A stretch of DNA of 64,000 nt from Akkermansia muciniphila (GTDB lineage: Bacteria; Verrucomicrobiota; Verrucomicrobiia; Limisphaerales; SXTU01): assembly GCA_945874145.1 (NCBI GenBank), contig CAMCFN010000015.1, positions 1,183 through 65,182 on the forward strand, given 5' to 3'. The notes beneath the pieces were generated by a model. That model searched no databases. It was not told where the DNA came from and was given only the letters and a program-made list of their open reading frames with translations. This document shows, piece after piece, positions 16,554-26,309 of the stretch (its first letter is position 1; each line of letters opens with the position of its first letter). The position numbers were made by a program, and so were the translations under genes.

Positions 16554-18647
16554 ATGAAGTCCTTGTCTAGTTCACGTTGCTCGCTCGCGATTGGCCTGAC
16601 TGCCTTGCTCGTGAATTGGGGAGCTGTTGCGGTGGACTGGCCGGGCCTGCCCGCGAAGGATGCCACAGCGGAGCTCCCGGCTCAGGCATGGCCGCAACGT
16701 CCCGGGCCACGTCAGGTCCGCGTGCTGGTCCATTATCCCGGCGGAACGCTGGCCGGCGTGACCGCGCAGACGGGCATCATGCTCACGCTGCACAACTGGG
16801 GCGGAAGTGATTGCGTGGGCACGGCCGATCCGCGCGTGCTGGCGCAGCGACTCAACGTCGTGGCGGTCTGTGTGAACTATTTACAAAGCGGCAAGGCGGA
16901 CTCAATTGATGCGCCCGAGCCCTATGACTTTGGCTACCTGCAAGCACTGGATGCGCTGCGCGCGCTGTGGTGGGTGCGCGACCAACTGGCGACGTTGGGC
17001 AAACCGTTCGCCGATGACCGTCTGTTCTGCACCGGCGGCTCGGGCGGAGGGAATGTCACGCTGATGGCCAACAAGCTCGCGCCCCGCACGTTTGCCTGTG
17101 TGGTGGACATGTGTGGCATGAAGAAACTCTCAGATGACGTCGCGTTCAACTTGCCCGGTGGCAGTTCGCTGAACGCTCGCTGGAGTCGTGATCCGCGCAG
17201 CCGGAATTATCTCACGCCCGATGAGCAGGAACTGCGTTTCCTCGGCCAGCCGACGCATCTGGCGGCAATGAAGCGGCTCGGCGCGACGAGCAAGGTCGTG
17301 GTGATTCACGGCACCGAAGACGCGCTCTGTCCTTTTGCTGACGCGGTAGAAATGGTGGAAGCGATGAAACGCACTGGCCTCGACGTTGAGGCGAAGTTCA
17401 TCAGCAAGACGGACCTCGACGGCAAGATTCACAGGACTTCGGGCCACTTCTTCGGCACCACGGACATCGTCATGGCGGCGGCGGAAAAGTATTTGCGGCC
17501 CGATGGCACTGACGCGCGGCGTCGAACTGGGCCGAGCGACTTCGCGCGGCGCGAAGCGGTGCGCTATCGCACCCCGGGTGGGGAGTTCGTGATTTCGTAT
17601 GCGAGCGGATTCCCGGTCGGGCACTTCGATCCAAGCCCGCCCGCCGCGTATCAAAACCACTCGAACTTGCTCGTCGTGAAGGACGCGAACGACAACGACC
17701 GGCCGGTGAAGTCCCCGGCTGATTGGGTCGAGCGCGTTGCGCACATTCGCGCCGGCATGCAGCAGGCGATGGGGCCGTTGCCCGAGGCCGCGCGCCGTGT
17801 GCCGCTCGACGTGGAGACCGTTTCTGAGGAGCGCACCGACAAGTATCTCCGGCGCAAGGTGCGCTTCACGCCCGAGCCGGGCGACCGCGTGACTGGGTGG
17901 CTTCTGATTCCTCACGCCCTTCCAGTTGGTGGCAAAGCTCCGGCGATGCTCTGCCTGCATCAGACCACCAGCATTGGAAAAAACGAGCCGGCGGGCCTTG
18001 GCGGGCTGAAGCCCTTGCACTACGCGCACGAACTGGCCGAGCGCGGCTATGTCTGTCTCGTGCCGGATTATCCGTCCTTCGGTGAGTATCCCTACGACTT
18101 CAAAAAGCAGGGAGCGCACTACGCCAGCGGCTCGATGAAGGCCATTTGGAACAATCTGCGCGCAGTCGATTTGCTGGAGACCCTGCCGCAGGTGGACGCG
18201 CGTCGTCTCGGAGTCATTGGCCATTCCCTCGGCGGCCACAACGCGCTTTTCACCGCCGTGTTTGATGACCGGTTGAAGGCTGTCGTGTCGAGCTGCGGCT
18301 TCACGCCGTTCCACGACTATTACGGCGGCAAGGTCGCCGGCTGGACTAGTGACCGTTACATGCCGCGCATCCGGGATGTTTACGGCAACAACGCCGACAA
18401 GCTGCCCTTCGACTTCTACGAAATCCTCGGCGCGCTTGCCCCACGCGGCTGCTTCTCGAACTCGCCGATTCGCGACAGCAACTTCGAGGTTGGCGGCGTG
18501 CGCAAGGCGTTCGCCAAAGCCACCGAGGTTTACGCGCTCTTCGATGCACCCGACCGGTTAAAACTCGTCACTCCCGATGCGCCTCACGACTTTCCCGAGC
18601 CGGAACGCAAGGCGGCTTACGCCTGGCTGGATGAAGTTCTGAAGTGA
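16554..18647 (+). CDS. Secreted double alpha/beta hydrolase fusion
   Basis: Two nucleophile elbows, TGGSGGG and IGHSLGG, plus LCLHQT and PHDFP. Confidence 0.8.
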   Translation: MKSLSSSRCSLAIGLTALLVNWGAVAVDWPGLPAKDATAELPAQAWPQRPGPRQVRVLVHYPGGTLAGVTAQTGIMLTLHNWGGSDCVGTADPRVLAQRLNVVAVCVNYLQSGKADSIDAPEPYDFGYLQALDALRALWWVRDQLATLGKPFADDRLFCTGGSGGGNVTLMANKLAPRTFACVVDMCGMKKLSDDVAFNLPGGSSLNARWSRDPRSRNYLTPDEQELRFLGQPTHLAAMKRLGATSKVVVIHGTEDALCPFADAVEMVEAMKRTGLDVEAKFISKTDLDGKIHRTSGHFFGTTDIVMAAAEKYLRPDGTDARRRTGPSDFARREAVRYRTPGGEFVISYASGFPVGHFDPSPPAAYQNHSNLLVVKDANDNDRPVKSPADWVERVAHIRAGMQQAMGPLPEAARRVPLDVETVSEERTDKYLRRKVRFTPEPGDRVTGWLLIPHALPVGGKAPAMLCLHQTTSIGKNEPAGLGGLKPLHYAHELAERGYVCLVPDYPSFGEYPYDFKKQGAHYASGSMKAIWNNLRAVDLLETLPQVDARRLGVIGHSLGGHNALFTAVFDDRLKAVVSSCGFTPFHDYYGGKVAGWTSDRYMPRIRDVYGNNADKLPFDFYEILGALAPRGCFSNSPIRDSNFEVGGVRKAFAKATEVYALFDAPDRLKLVTPDAPHDFPEPERKAAYAWLDEVLK

Positions 18648-18665
18648 ATTCGCCCCGCTGCTGGT

Positions 18666-19898
18666 TCACTTCACCTGAACGCAGACCAAATCACCGCGCG
18701 AGTTGCGGCAATATACCCGGCCATGGGCCAGCACTGGCACGGTCCAGCAGCGCCCACCGAGCACTTGATGCCGGGCGGTCGGCTTGAACTCGCCGGGATT
18801 GGCGGGAGCCGTGAGCAACTCGCCGCGCTCACTTAGAATTACCAGCACGCCATCCGCCGTGGCCATGACTGAGCCGCAGCCCAGCCCAGTGCTGGGCGGC
18901 ACGCGCCACTTCTCCTTACCGCTCGCGAAATCCAGACACACGAACTCCGTGGGGCGACCGCGATGTGCGGTGCCATCAAAACCGTAGAGATGTCCGTCGA
19001 TCAGCACGCTGTTGTTCATGTGGTTGCACAGGCGCCTGTTTTCGTAGGTTTTCTTCAGTTGGTCGCCAGCCAACTCGAAGAGCCCGCAGCCGCGATCATA
19101 GCCGGTGGAGATGAAAAGCTGCTGGCCTTGAATGATGGGCGTGGTGGCCGTGGTGTCGAACGCCGTCTTCCAATCGGTGGTGGCCACGGTGGTTCCATTG
19201 CCTGCGTCGAGCACCACCAGGCCTTCGGTTTTCATAACCGCCACCAGCTTTCGCCCGGCCGCTACAAAGGCTTTCGGCGTGCCATAGGCCGGGGTGAAGC
19301 GCTGCCCCTTCCAACGCACTTTTCCCGTGTCGGCATCGAGCGCGAAGGTGGCTCCGGCTTCGATGAGCAACGTGTTGTCGTTCAGGAAATAGGGCGAGCA
19401 GGCGAAACCCCACTCGGGCGGCGCATCCAGTTCCGCTTCGGCGAGCATGTCGCGCTGCCAGATCGCTTTTCCCGTCGCGGCGTCGTAGCAATGCAGGCGT
19501 CCGTGCTTGCTGTAGGTGAAGACCTGCTGGCCACGCACCGTCGGCGTCGCGCCCGGGCCGCCTTCGTAAAAGCGGTCGAGTAGAGGCGCGGCGTAACTGT
19601 GATGCCAGATCTCCGCACCCGTCTCGGAGTTGAAGCACCAGAGTGTTTCCGTCCCGTCCTCCTTGCCTCCGCTGTGCCCGAGCGTGAAGACCCGCCCCTG
19701 GGCGACGGCGACCGAGGAGAAGCCGGTGCCCACTTTTTTCTGCCAGCGAAGCTGGGTGAAGTCAGGCTTGGCCGGCAACCGTTCGCTGGTGATGCCATCT
19801 TCATTCGGCCCGCGCCACTGCGGCCAGTCCGCGCCTGAGAGGCCGGGAAGCAAGGCGAACACTTGCAGAACGAGCCAGGCGAAGCAGCGGTGAGGCAT
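18666..19898 (-). CDS. PQQ-like/BamB beta-propeller repeat protein
   Basis: ADWPQWRGP start, repeated D..TG...W motifs and WTVPVLAHGRVYCRN end. Confidence 0.88.
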   Translation of the reverse strand: MPHRCFAWLVLQVFALLPGLSGADWPQWRGPNEDGITSERLPAKPDFTQLRWQKKVGTGFSSVAVAQGRVFTLGHSGGKEDGTETLWCFNSETGAEIWHHSYAAPLLDRFYEGGPGATPTVRGQQVFTYSKHGRLHCYDAATGKAIWQRDMLAEAELDAPPEWGFACSPYFLNDNTLLIEAGATFALDADTGKVRWKGQRFTPAYGTPKAFVAAGRKLVAVMKTEGLVVLDAGNGTTVATTDWKTAFDTTATTPIIQGQQLFISTGYDRGCGLFELAGDQLKKTYENRRLCNHMNNSVLIDGHLYGFDGTAHRGRPTEFVCLDFASGKEKWRVPPSTGLGCGSVMATADGVLVILSERGELLTAPANPGEFKPTARHQVLGGRCWTVPVLAHGRVYCRNSRGDLVCVQVK

Positions 19899-20034
19899 AG
19901 GTGGCGGAGGTTGTTCCTGCGATCCGGGACTTTCCAATGGATGTGTCGGCAGTTGAGGAAGTCCAGTCGCCCTGCGGCTACCGGTCATCGGCGAGGCGTG
20001 CCGGAACCACCCGGAGTCAGCTGCCGCTAGGGGG

Positions 20035-21060
20035 TCAGAGCTTCACTCGGGCGAGGTAAATCGCGGTCTTCCCCTCGTGGGACGAGTAATAGCTGATCCA
20101 CAACTGGCCGTCATGCCAGACCATGCCGGGATAGCTGCTGTCCCCGCTGCTAGCCAGATCGAGCAGTGGGCGCAGCTCGCCCTTTTCCACGTCGAGTTCA
20201 CATACGACGGTTTTGGTCTTCTTGTCCGGCCCGTGATTCTGCAAGCGGCCGCAGGCAATCCATCGGCCGTCGGGGATTTGGATGAAGTTGGGTCCACCGA
20301 AATATTTGCCCAAGTCCTTCCACTCCCATTCATCGTAGGGAAGTTTTCGGCTGATACCGAGCAAGGCGGTGTTCGAGGGTTTGCCGTCGCGGCGTTGGAG
20401 GCAATACATCACGCCATCGGGACCAACGCGAACCGTTGCCTCGGTGGGGCCGCCTTCGCTGTGGAGGTTTTCGACCAGCGTATCGTAATCCACGCCGTTC
20501 TTGGTCAGCAGCAGCGTGGTGCCGTATTTCTTTTCAGCGCGGCTGGCCGGGGAGACATCATAGGCCACGCCGATCCCGTTGCTGCGGTGCCAAGTCACGC
20601 GCCACAGCCACTGGTTGGTGGGGCCGACCCAGAAGACTTTGCCCCATTTCTTGCCGTCATCGGACATGGCGACGAAGGACTGGTTTTCCGTTGCCGGCTG
20701 GTTTCCTTCGCGGACCGTTGCTCCGCCAAGCAGCATCAGCCGGGGCGTGCCCGGCATGACGGTGATCTTTGGGTCGCGCAGGTCAAAGCCCGGCATCTCC
20801 AGCCGGGCGGTGGATTCCCACCAATAGCCAGTGTCGCTGGTCAGCACGCGCACCGCACCATCGGGCGAGACGTGACCGGCCCCCTCGCGGAACACGCAAT
20901 ACCAGCGGTCTTTGAAGCGCACAAGATCGGTGAACGCATTGTGCGGAGCGGCGTCCCAAATCTTACGGTGTTCCACCAGTCGGGCGGCCGGGGGAGGGGT
21001 TTCCGCAGCGATGGCGGGCAGCGCGGCCAGCAACCAGGCGAAGGTCAGGCGAAAGTTCAT
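20035..21060 (-). CDS. Secreted sialidase-like (BNR/Asp-box) propeller protein
   Basis: HNAFTDLVRF, SDTGYWW, SDDGKKW, DLRDPK and GDSSYPG. Confidence 0.8.
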   Translation of the reverse strand: MNFRLTFAWLLAALPAIAAETPPPAARLVEHRKIWDAAPHNAFTDLVRFKDRWYCVFREGAGHVSPDGAVRVLTSDTGYWWESTARLEMPGFDLRDPKITVMPGTPRLMLLGGATVREGNQPATENQSFVAMSDDGKKWGKVFWVGPTNQWLWRVTWHRSNGIGVAYDVSPASRAEKKYGTTLLLTKNGVDYDTLVENLHSEGGPTEATVRVGPDGVMYCLQRRDGKPSNTALLGISRKLPYDEWEWKDLGKYFGGPNFIQIPDGRWIACGRLQNHGPDKKTKTVVCELDVEKGELRPLLDLASSGDSSYPGMVWHDGQLWISYYSSHEGKTAIYLARVKL

Positions 21061-21153
21061 GCCCGTGGTTCTAACGCGTTGTTGGGCGAGTTACAACTGT
21101 CCCCGTTGCGAGTTTCGACTTTGAACCCTTGGCGCGCTGCCTAAACTCCCGGC

Positions 21154-22203
21154 GTGCTCAACGACTTCACGCAGCAACTTCAGCAGGGCATCGCCCTCGC
21201 ACCCAGCCAAGTCACGACCGCCGTGAGTGCGCTGGTGGAGGAGGCCGTCGCGGCCGAGCTCAAGGCGGCCTTCCTGACCGCACTGGCGCAGAAAGGCGAG
21301 ACGACGGAGGAACTGGCGGCGTTCGCCCGTGAGTTGCGTGCCCGCTCCGTGCCGGTGCCGGTGGACGCGGCCACCCGGGCGGGGGAAATTCTCGACGTGT
21401 GCGGCACTGGCGGTGACCGGTTGAACACCTTCAACATCTCCACCACCGTGGCGCTGGTCTGTGCGGCGGCGGGCGTGACGGTGGCCAAGCATGGCAACCG
21501 CGCCATCACCTCGCAGTCCGGGAGTGCGGATGTGCTGGATGCGCTGGGCGTGTCCGTTGAGTTGTCGCCGGAGCAGGTGGCGACGGCGCTGCGGGACCGG
21601 CGGTTTGCCTTCCTGTTTGCGCCCAAGTTTCACCCGGCGTTCAAGCACATTGCTCCGGCACGCAAGCTCTGCGCCGAGCGCGGCCAACGCACGATCTTTA
21701 ATTTCCTCGGCCCGTTGCTGAACCCGGCGCGGCCCAGCGCCCAGCTCATCGGGGTGCCGCGGCCGGAATTGTGCGAACCGATGGCAAAGGTGCTGCAAAG
21801 CCTCGGAGTGCGGCGGGGCATGGTGGTTTGCGGTGAGGTGCCGGGGGCGGACGGCCCGGCATTTTTGGATGAGCTGTCCACGCTCGGCGAGACGACCATT
21901 GCCGAGTTTTACCACGATCGTGGCTTTGCCGTGTCGAGGCTTTCGCCGAGCGCTTTCCCGCTCCAAACTGCAGCACTGGCGGATCTTGCCGGGGGAGACA
22001 AACACGCCAATGCGGCGATCATCCAGCGGCTGCTCCGGGGCGAGGAGCGCGGGGCCAAGCGGGACGCCGTGCTGTTCAATGCCGCCGCCGCCTTGTTTGT
22101 GGCTGGGCGAGCCAAGACATTTTCGGAAGGGTGGGAATTGGCGGAGTGCGTGCTGGATGAAGGGACGGCGGCAGCCAAGCTGGGCGAGTTGAGCGGTCAT
22201 TGA
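21154..22203 (+). CDS. trpD: Anthranilate phosphoribosyltransferase
   Basis: DVCGTGGDRLNTFNIST, KHGNRAITSQSGSADVL and RTIFNFLGPLLNP. Confidence 0.96.
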   Translation: MLNDFTQQLQQGIALAPSQVTTAVSALVEEAVAAELKAAFLTALAQKGETTEELAAFARELRARSVPVPVDAATRAGEILDVCGTGGDRLNTFNISTTVALVCAAAGVTVAKHGNRAITSQSGSADVLDALGVSVELSPEQVATALRDRRFAFLFAPKFHPAFKHIAPARKLCAERGQRTIFNFLGPLLNPARPSAQLIGVPRPELCEPMAKVLQSLGVRRGMVVCGEVPGADGPAFLDELSTLGETTIAEFYHDRGFAVSRLSPSAFPLQTAALADLAGGDKHANAAIIQRLLRGEERGAKRDAVLFNAAAALFVAGRAKTFSEGWELAECVLDEGTAAAKLGELSGH

Positions 22204-22214
22204 GCCGCACGCAA

Positions 22215-22592
22215 ATGAAAACACCGCCGTCCCGCCCACCACCGCCGCTCATGGATCGGGCGCGGGCCAAGGCCTGTCTCGTGGCGAACCTCAGCCTGCC
22301 CGGAGTCGGGTCGCTGCATGTGGGACGGCGTGTGGGTTGGGCGCAGGTCGTTCTGGCTAGCTGCGGTTTTGTGCTCTCCCTTGTCTTTGGGGTTTGGTTT
22401 ATGGCCGAGTGGTTGCGCTCCGGGGAGTTGCCAATGATGACCATCCTTAACCGGGGCGAGTTGCCGCCGGGGTTTCTGAAATTTCTGCTCATCGGCCTTG
22501 CCGGCCTGATCGTGTTCGGGGTGGCGCTGGGCTGGGCCTTCATCACAAGCCTGCTGGTGTATCAGGAGGCGAAGCAGCATGAAAGCCACTGA
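22215..22592 (+). CDS. Small membrane protein
   Basis: Two to three hydrophobic segments; packed between trpD and the next gene. Confidence 0.65.
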   Translation: MKTPPSRPPPPLMDRARAKACLVANLSLPGVGSLHVGRRVGWAQVVLASCGFVLSLVFGVWFMAEWLRSGELPMMTILNRGELPPGFLKFLLIGLAGLIVFGVALGWAFITSLLVYQEAKQHESH

Positions 22593-23019
22593 CGCCACGC
22601 CGCCGCCAGTGCCCGCCTCGGCTGCCATTCCGCTGGGGCGATGGCCGTCGTGGCCCGGGCTGATCGCCATGGCGTGTCTCGCCCTTGCGGCGCGACTGGC
22701 GTTGCATTATGAGCTGCCGCTGCCCGGGTGTCCTTTGCGCGAGATCACTGACGTGCCGTGTCCGTTTTGCGGGTCCACTCGGGCGTGCGCGGCGTTGGCT
22801 GGTTTCGACTTGACCGGGGCATTGGGATGGAACCCGCTCGTGACCCTCAGCTTGATGTTGGGGTTCGGCTGGCTGGGGTTTGCCGTAGTTCAGCCGAAGC
22901 CGGCCCGTCTGTTATGGCTGCGGGGCAGGGGGTGGCTGGCTTCCGTTCCCAGTCGCAGATGGCTTGCTGGCACGCTGCTGCTCAACTGGGTTTATCTCTG
23001 TGTTCGGTTGCCGCGCTGA
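22579..23019 (+). CDS. DUF2752 membrane protein
   Basis: CPLREITDVPCPFCGSTRA...ALGWNPL. Confidence 0.85.
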   Translation: MKATDATPPPVPASAAIPLGRWPSWPGLIAMACLALAARLALHYELPLPGCPLREITDVPCPFCGSTRACAALAGFDLTGALGWNPLVTLSLMLGFGWLGFAVVQPKPARLLWLRGRGWLASVPSRRWLAGTLLLNWVYLCVRLPR

Positions 23020-23091
23020 AGGCCCCTGACATCGGTTGCCGACGGGAAATTTGCTGGACGCGGATCAACTCAACGCCAAGGATTTGACCCG

Positions 23092-23820
23092 ATGCGCGAC
23101 CTCCTGAAACAATCCTTCGCCCTCGTCGGCGTCATCAAGGCCCTCCGGCAGATTCCCTTCGACGTGCGGCGTGCGCTCTGGTCCATCGGGCGCGAAGGCG
23201 ACATCCGCGAGTATCTCGACACCCATCCAGTGCGGAAGCTCCAGATCGGTGCGGGCTACAACATGCTCGATGGCTGGTTGAACGTGGACTTCAACCCCTA
23301 CACGCGCCAGCCCCGCCAGCTCTATCTCAACGCCACGCGGCGGTTTCCGTTTGCTGATGCCGCGTTTGACTACGTGTTCAGCGAGCACATGATCGAGCAT
23401 ATCTGGTGGTCCGATGGCCAGATGATGCTCAAGGAGTCGCATCGCATCCTCAAGCCCGGCGGCAAGATTCGCATCTCCACGCCAAACCTCGCCAGCATCA
23501 CTAGCCTCCTCGACCCGCCGCGCACGCCCATCAAGGAGCAGTATCTCAAGCTCTCGACGGACAAGCACATCCCACACGCCATCGGCTATCGGCCCGGCTT
23601 CGTCATCAACAACTTCTTCTGGGATTTCGGCCATTTCTTCGTTTACGACGCTGAAACGCTCGAACTTGCCTTGCGCACGGCTGGTTTCACGGACATCCAG
23701 CGCTGGCAGCCGATGCAGAGCGACGACTCGAACTTCACTGGCATCGAATCGCATCAGAAAATCGTGGGCGACGAGGTGAACGTCTTTGAGTCCATCATCC
23801 TGCAGGGCGTGAAGAAGTAG
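23092..23820 (+). CDS. Class I SAM-dependent methyltransferase
   Basis: KLQIGAG, FPFADAAFDYVFSEHMIEHI and RILKPGG. Confidence 0.85.
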   Translation: MRDLLKQSFALVGVIKALRQIPFDVRRALWSIGREGDIREYLDTHPVRKLQIGAGYNMLDGWLNVDFNPYTRQPRQLYLNATRRFPFADAAFDYVFSEHMIEHIWWSDGQMMLKESHRILKPGGKIRISTPNLASITSLLDPPRTPIKEQYLKLSTDKHIPHAIGYRPGFVINNFFWDFGHFFVYDAETLELALRTAGFTDIQRWQPMQSDDSNFTGIESHQKIVGDEVNVFESIILQGVKK

Positions 23821-23976
23821 TCCGCCTCACGGTTCGAGCGGCGCATCGTTCTTGGAGCGGAGAGTTGCAGCTCATGCAGACGCCATCCATGCCGGCTCCA
23901 TTGGAGCAGAATTTCCACTTGGTTCCTCCCGGGGGTTGCTGGTTAATAGCGGCCAACCCGACCTGCCAATCGCACC

Positions 23977-25293
23977 ATGCAAATCCTCAATACTCGCCGT
24001 CACTTCCTGAAGACCACCGCTGCCGTCGCGGCGGCGACCACGTTGCCGCAATGGTTCTTGGAGGAATCCACCCACGCCGCCACGCCTCCGCTTGGCCCCA
24101 ATGACCGGCCCGGCCTTGCGCTCATCGGCTGCGGCGGGCGCGGGCGCGGCGTGGCGCGCGAGGCCGCCCAGCACGGGCAGATGCTAGCCGTGTGCGATCT
24201 GGACGAAGCCAATCTAGCGCAGGCGCAGAAACTTTGGCCGGAAGCGAAGCCATTCACGGACTTCCGCAAGCTACTCGAACGAGATGACCTCCACACCATT
24301 GTCAACGGCACCCCGGACCACTGGCACACGCTCGTGAACCTCGCTGCGCTCAAGGCAGGCAAGGACATTTACAGCGAGAAGCCGCTGACATTGACGGTGG
24401 ACGAGGGCAAGCGGCTGGTGCAGGCCGTGCGCGCCTCAAGGCGCATTCTCCAGACTGGCAGCCAGCAGCGCAGTGACAAAAACTTCCGCCTCGCCTGCGA
24501 ACTCGTGCGCAATGGACGCGTCGGCAAGCTCAAGCATGTGAACGTCTGGCTGCCCCACGGTCGCCGCGAGGGCCCCTTTGAAAAGTCACCGGTGCCTCAG
24601 GGGCTCGATTGGGACATGTGGCTGGGCCCGACTCCGCAGAACGATTACGTGAAGGAGAAATGCCATGTGACCTTCCGGTATTTCTGGGAATTCTCCGGTG
24701 GCACGATGACGGACTGGGGCGCGCACCACAACGACATCGCCTTGTGGGGCACGGGCTTTGAACGCAGCGGGCCGGTGCGCATCGAGGGCCAGTCCCTGGT
24801 GCCCATGATTTCAGGCGGCTTCACGGCGGCCAGCGAATACGCGGTCGCCTACACCTACGCGAATGGCGTGACGCAACTCACGCGCAGCACTCACGGCAAT
24901 GGCTGGAATGGCTCGGTCACGGACAAGGATGCCCAGCCGCACGGCGTGCGCTTCGAGGGGACGGGCGGTTGGATTTTCGTCACGCGCGGCAAGATTGAGG
25001 CCAGCCATCCTGACCTGCTCACCACGCCGCTGCCGACCAACGCCAAGCGCCTCTATGTGAGCGACAATCACATGAAGAATTTCTTCGACTGCGTGCGCTC
25101 CCGGCAGCAGCCGATTTGCGATGTGGAGATTGGCCATCGTTCCGTGACGGTCTGTCAACTCGGAGTGATTGCGATGCGCTTGGGCCGGACCCTCAACTGG
25201 AATCCTGCCGCCGAGGAGTTCGTAGGCGACAAGGCCGCCAATAACTGGCTTGCCCGCGAAATGCGCGCACCGTGGACTTACGACCGCGTGTGA
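23977..25293 (+). CDS. Gfo/Idh/MocA oxidoreductase with Tat signal
   Basis: TRRHFLK, IGCGGRG, TPDHWH, SEKPL and DWGAHHND. Confidence 0.93.
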   Translation: MQILNTRRHFLKTTAAVAAATTLPQWFLEESTHAATPPLGPNDRPGLALIGCGGRGRGVAREAAQHGQMLAVCDLDEANLAQAQKLWPEAKPFTDFRKLLERDDLHTIVNGTPDHWHTLVNLAALKAGKDIYSEKPLTLTVDEGKRLVQAVRASRRILQTGSQQRSDKNFRLACELVRNGRVGKLKHVNVWLPHGRREGPFEKSPVPQGLDWDMWLGPTPQNDYVKEKCHVTFRYFWEFSGGTMTDWGAHHNDIALWGTGFERSGPVRIEGQSLVPMISGGFTAASEYAVAYTYANGVTQLTRSTHGNGWNGSVTDKDAQPHGVRFEGTGGWIFVTRGKIEASHPDLLTTPLPTNAKRLYVSDNHMKNFFDCVRSRQQPICDVEIGHRSVTVCQLGVIAMRLGRTLNWNPAAEEFVGDKAANNWLAREMRAPWTYDRV

Positions 25294-25301
25294 CGCGCTC
25301 T

Positions 25302-25389
25302 AGGTCGCGGCCTTCAGGCCGCTCCAGCGATCGAGCGGGTAATTGTCCTGAAAATGTGCGGCCGCTGAAGCGGCGTAAACGCCACGCCT
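25302..25389. repeat. REP-like inverted doublet between convergent genes
   Basis: aggtcgcggccttcaggccgctccagcg versus the reverse complement of the right arm, aggcgtggcgtttacgccgcttcagcg. Confidence 0.6.
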
Positions 25390-25428
25390 CGGACCTGTTT
25401 TACCCGGCCTTTGGTTTGCTTGCCTTTT

Positions 25429-26214
25429 CTACGGGTGCCGCGGGGTCGGCGGTTTTGTCTGCGGCGGGGCTGCCTTGGGCTGAACTGGTGCGGCAAATCC
25501 GTAATCCGCAAGCCACTGCTCTGTCGGCGCGAGAATGCGCACCGGGCGTTTGGTGAAGGGATCCCGGTAGCCCAGCTCCACGGACCGCAACGCCAGCAGC
25601 GGACGTTGATTTGGCATTTCCAGTGACGATGGGCCGTAGAGCGGATCGCCGAGGATGCCATGGCCTCCAGCGTGGAGATGCACCCGGATTTGATGCTGTC
25701 GCCCCGTCAGCGGCTGCGCTTCCACGAGGGCATAATCGCCCTTGGTTCGCACCACGCGGAAGAATGTCTCGCACTCTTTGCCTTCGCGCTCATCCACGCG
25801 GATGCGGCCAATCACCTGCGGGTCCGGCCCCAGCGGCAGGCGGCAGGTCCACTCCGCCTCGCGCGGCTTGCCATGCACGATGGCGAGATAACGCTTCTCC
25901 ATGCGTCGCGTCTCAAAGAGTTCACTGATGGTTTCCACCGCGCCAAAACTTTTCGCGAACAGCAGCACGCCGCTGGTGTCTGCGTCGAGGCGATGGACGT
26001 AGCGGAGGAACTTCAAGTTCCGCGAGCGCGCCCAGAAATGTCCGGCGGCAATGGAGGAGACGATGGCCGCTTGCAGATTCCAGCCGGTGCGCTGCCACGA
26101 ATGCGGCACGAGCATCCAGCCCGCGGGCTTGTCGATAGCGATGACTGACCGATCCTCGAAGAGGATCGGAATGGGCTCCACATCAGGGAGTTCGATGAAG
26201 GGCGGCTTGGCCAT
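25429..26214 (-). CDS. RluA-family pseudouridine synthase
   Basis: DKPAG, VHRLDADTSG, TGRQHQIRVH and ILGDPLY. Confidence 0.95.
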   Translation of the reverse strand: MAKPPFIELPDVEPIPILFEDRSVIAIDKPAGWMLVPHSWQRTGWNLQAAIVSSIAAGHFWARSRNLKFLRYVHRLDADTSGVLLFAKSFGAVETISELFETRRMEKRYLAIVHGKPREAEWTCRLPLGPDPQVIGRIRVDEREGKECETFFRVVRTKGDYALVEAQPLTGRQHQIRVHLHAGGHGILGDPLYGPSSLEMPNQRPLLALRSVELGYRDPFTKRPVRILAPTEQWLADYGFAAPVQPKAAPPQTKPPTPRHP

Positions 26215-26276
26215 GTGCAGGAAAAAACAGGGTTCAGTTGTCAGTGTCCAATCGTTGCCAAAGCGACAACCCGCCT

Positions 26277-26309
26277 ACTGAACACTGAACCCTGAACCCT
26301 GAACACTGA
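26277..26309 (+). repeat. Short tandem heptamer repeat (a/c)ctgaac, about 4.7 copies
   Basis: actgaac actgaac cctgaac cctgaac actga; degenerate inverted copies (cagggttcag) lie at about 26228-26250. Confidence 0.8.
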
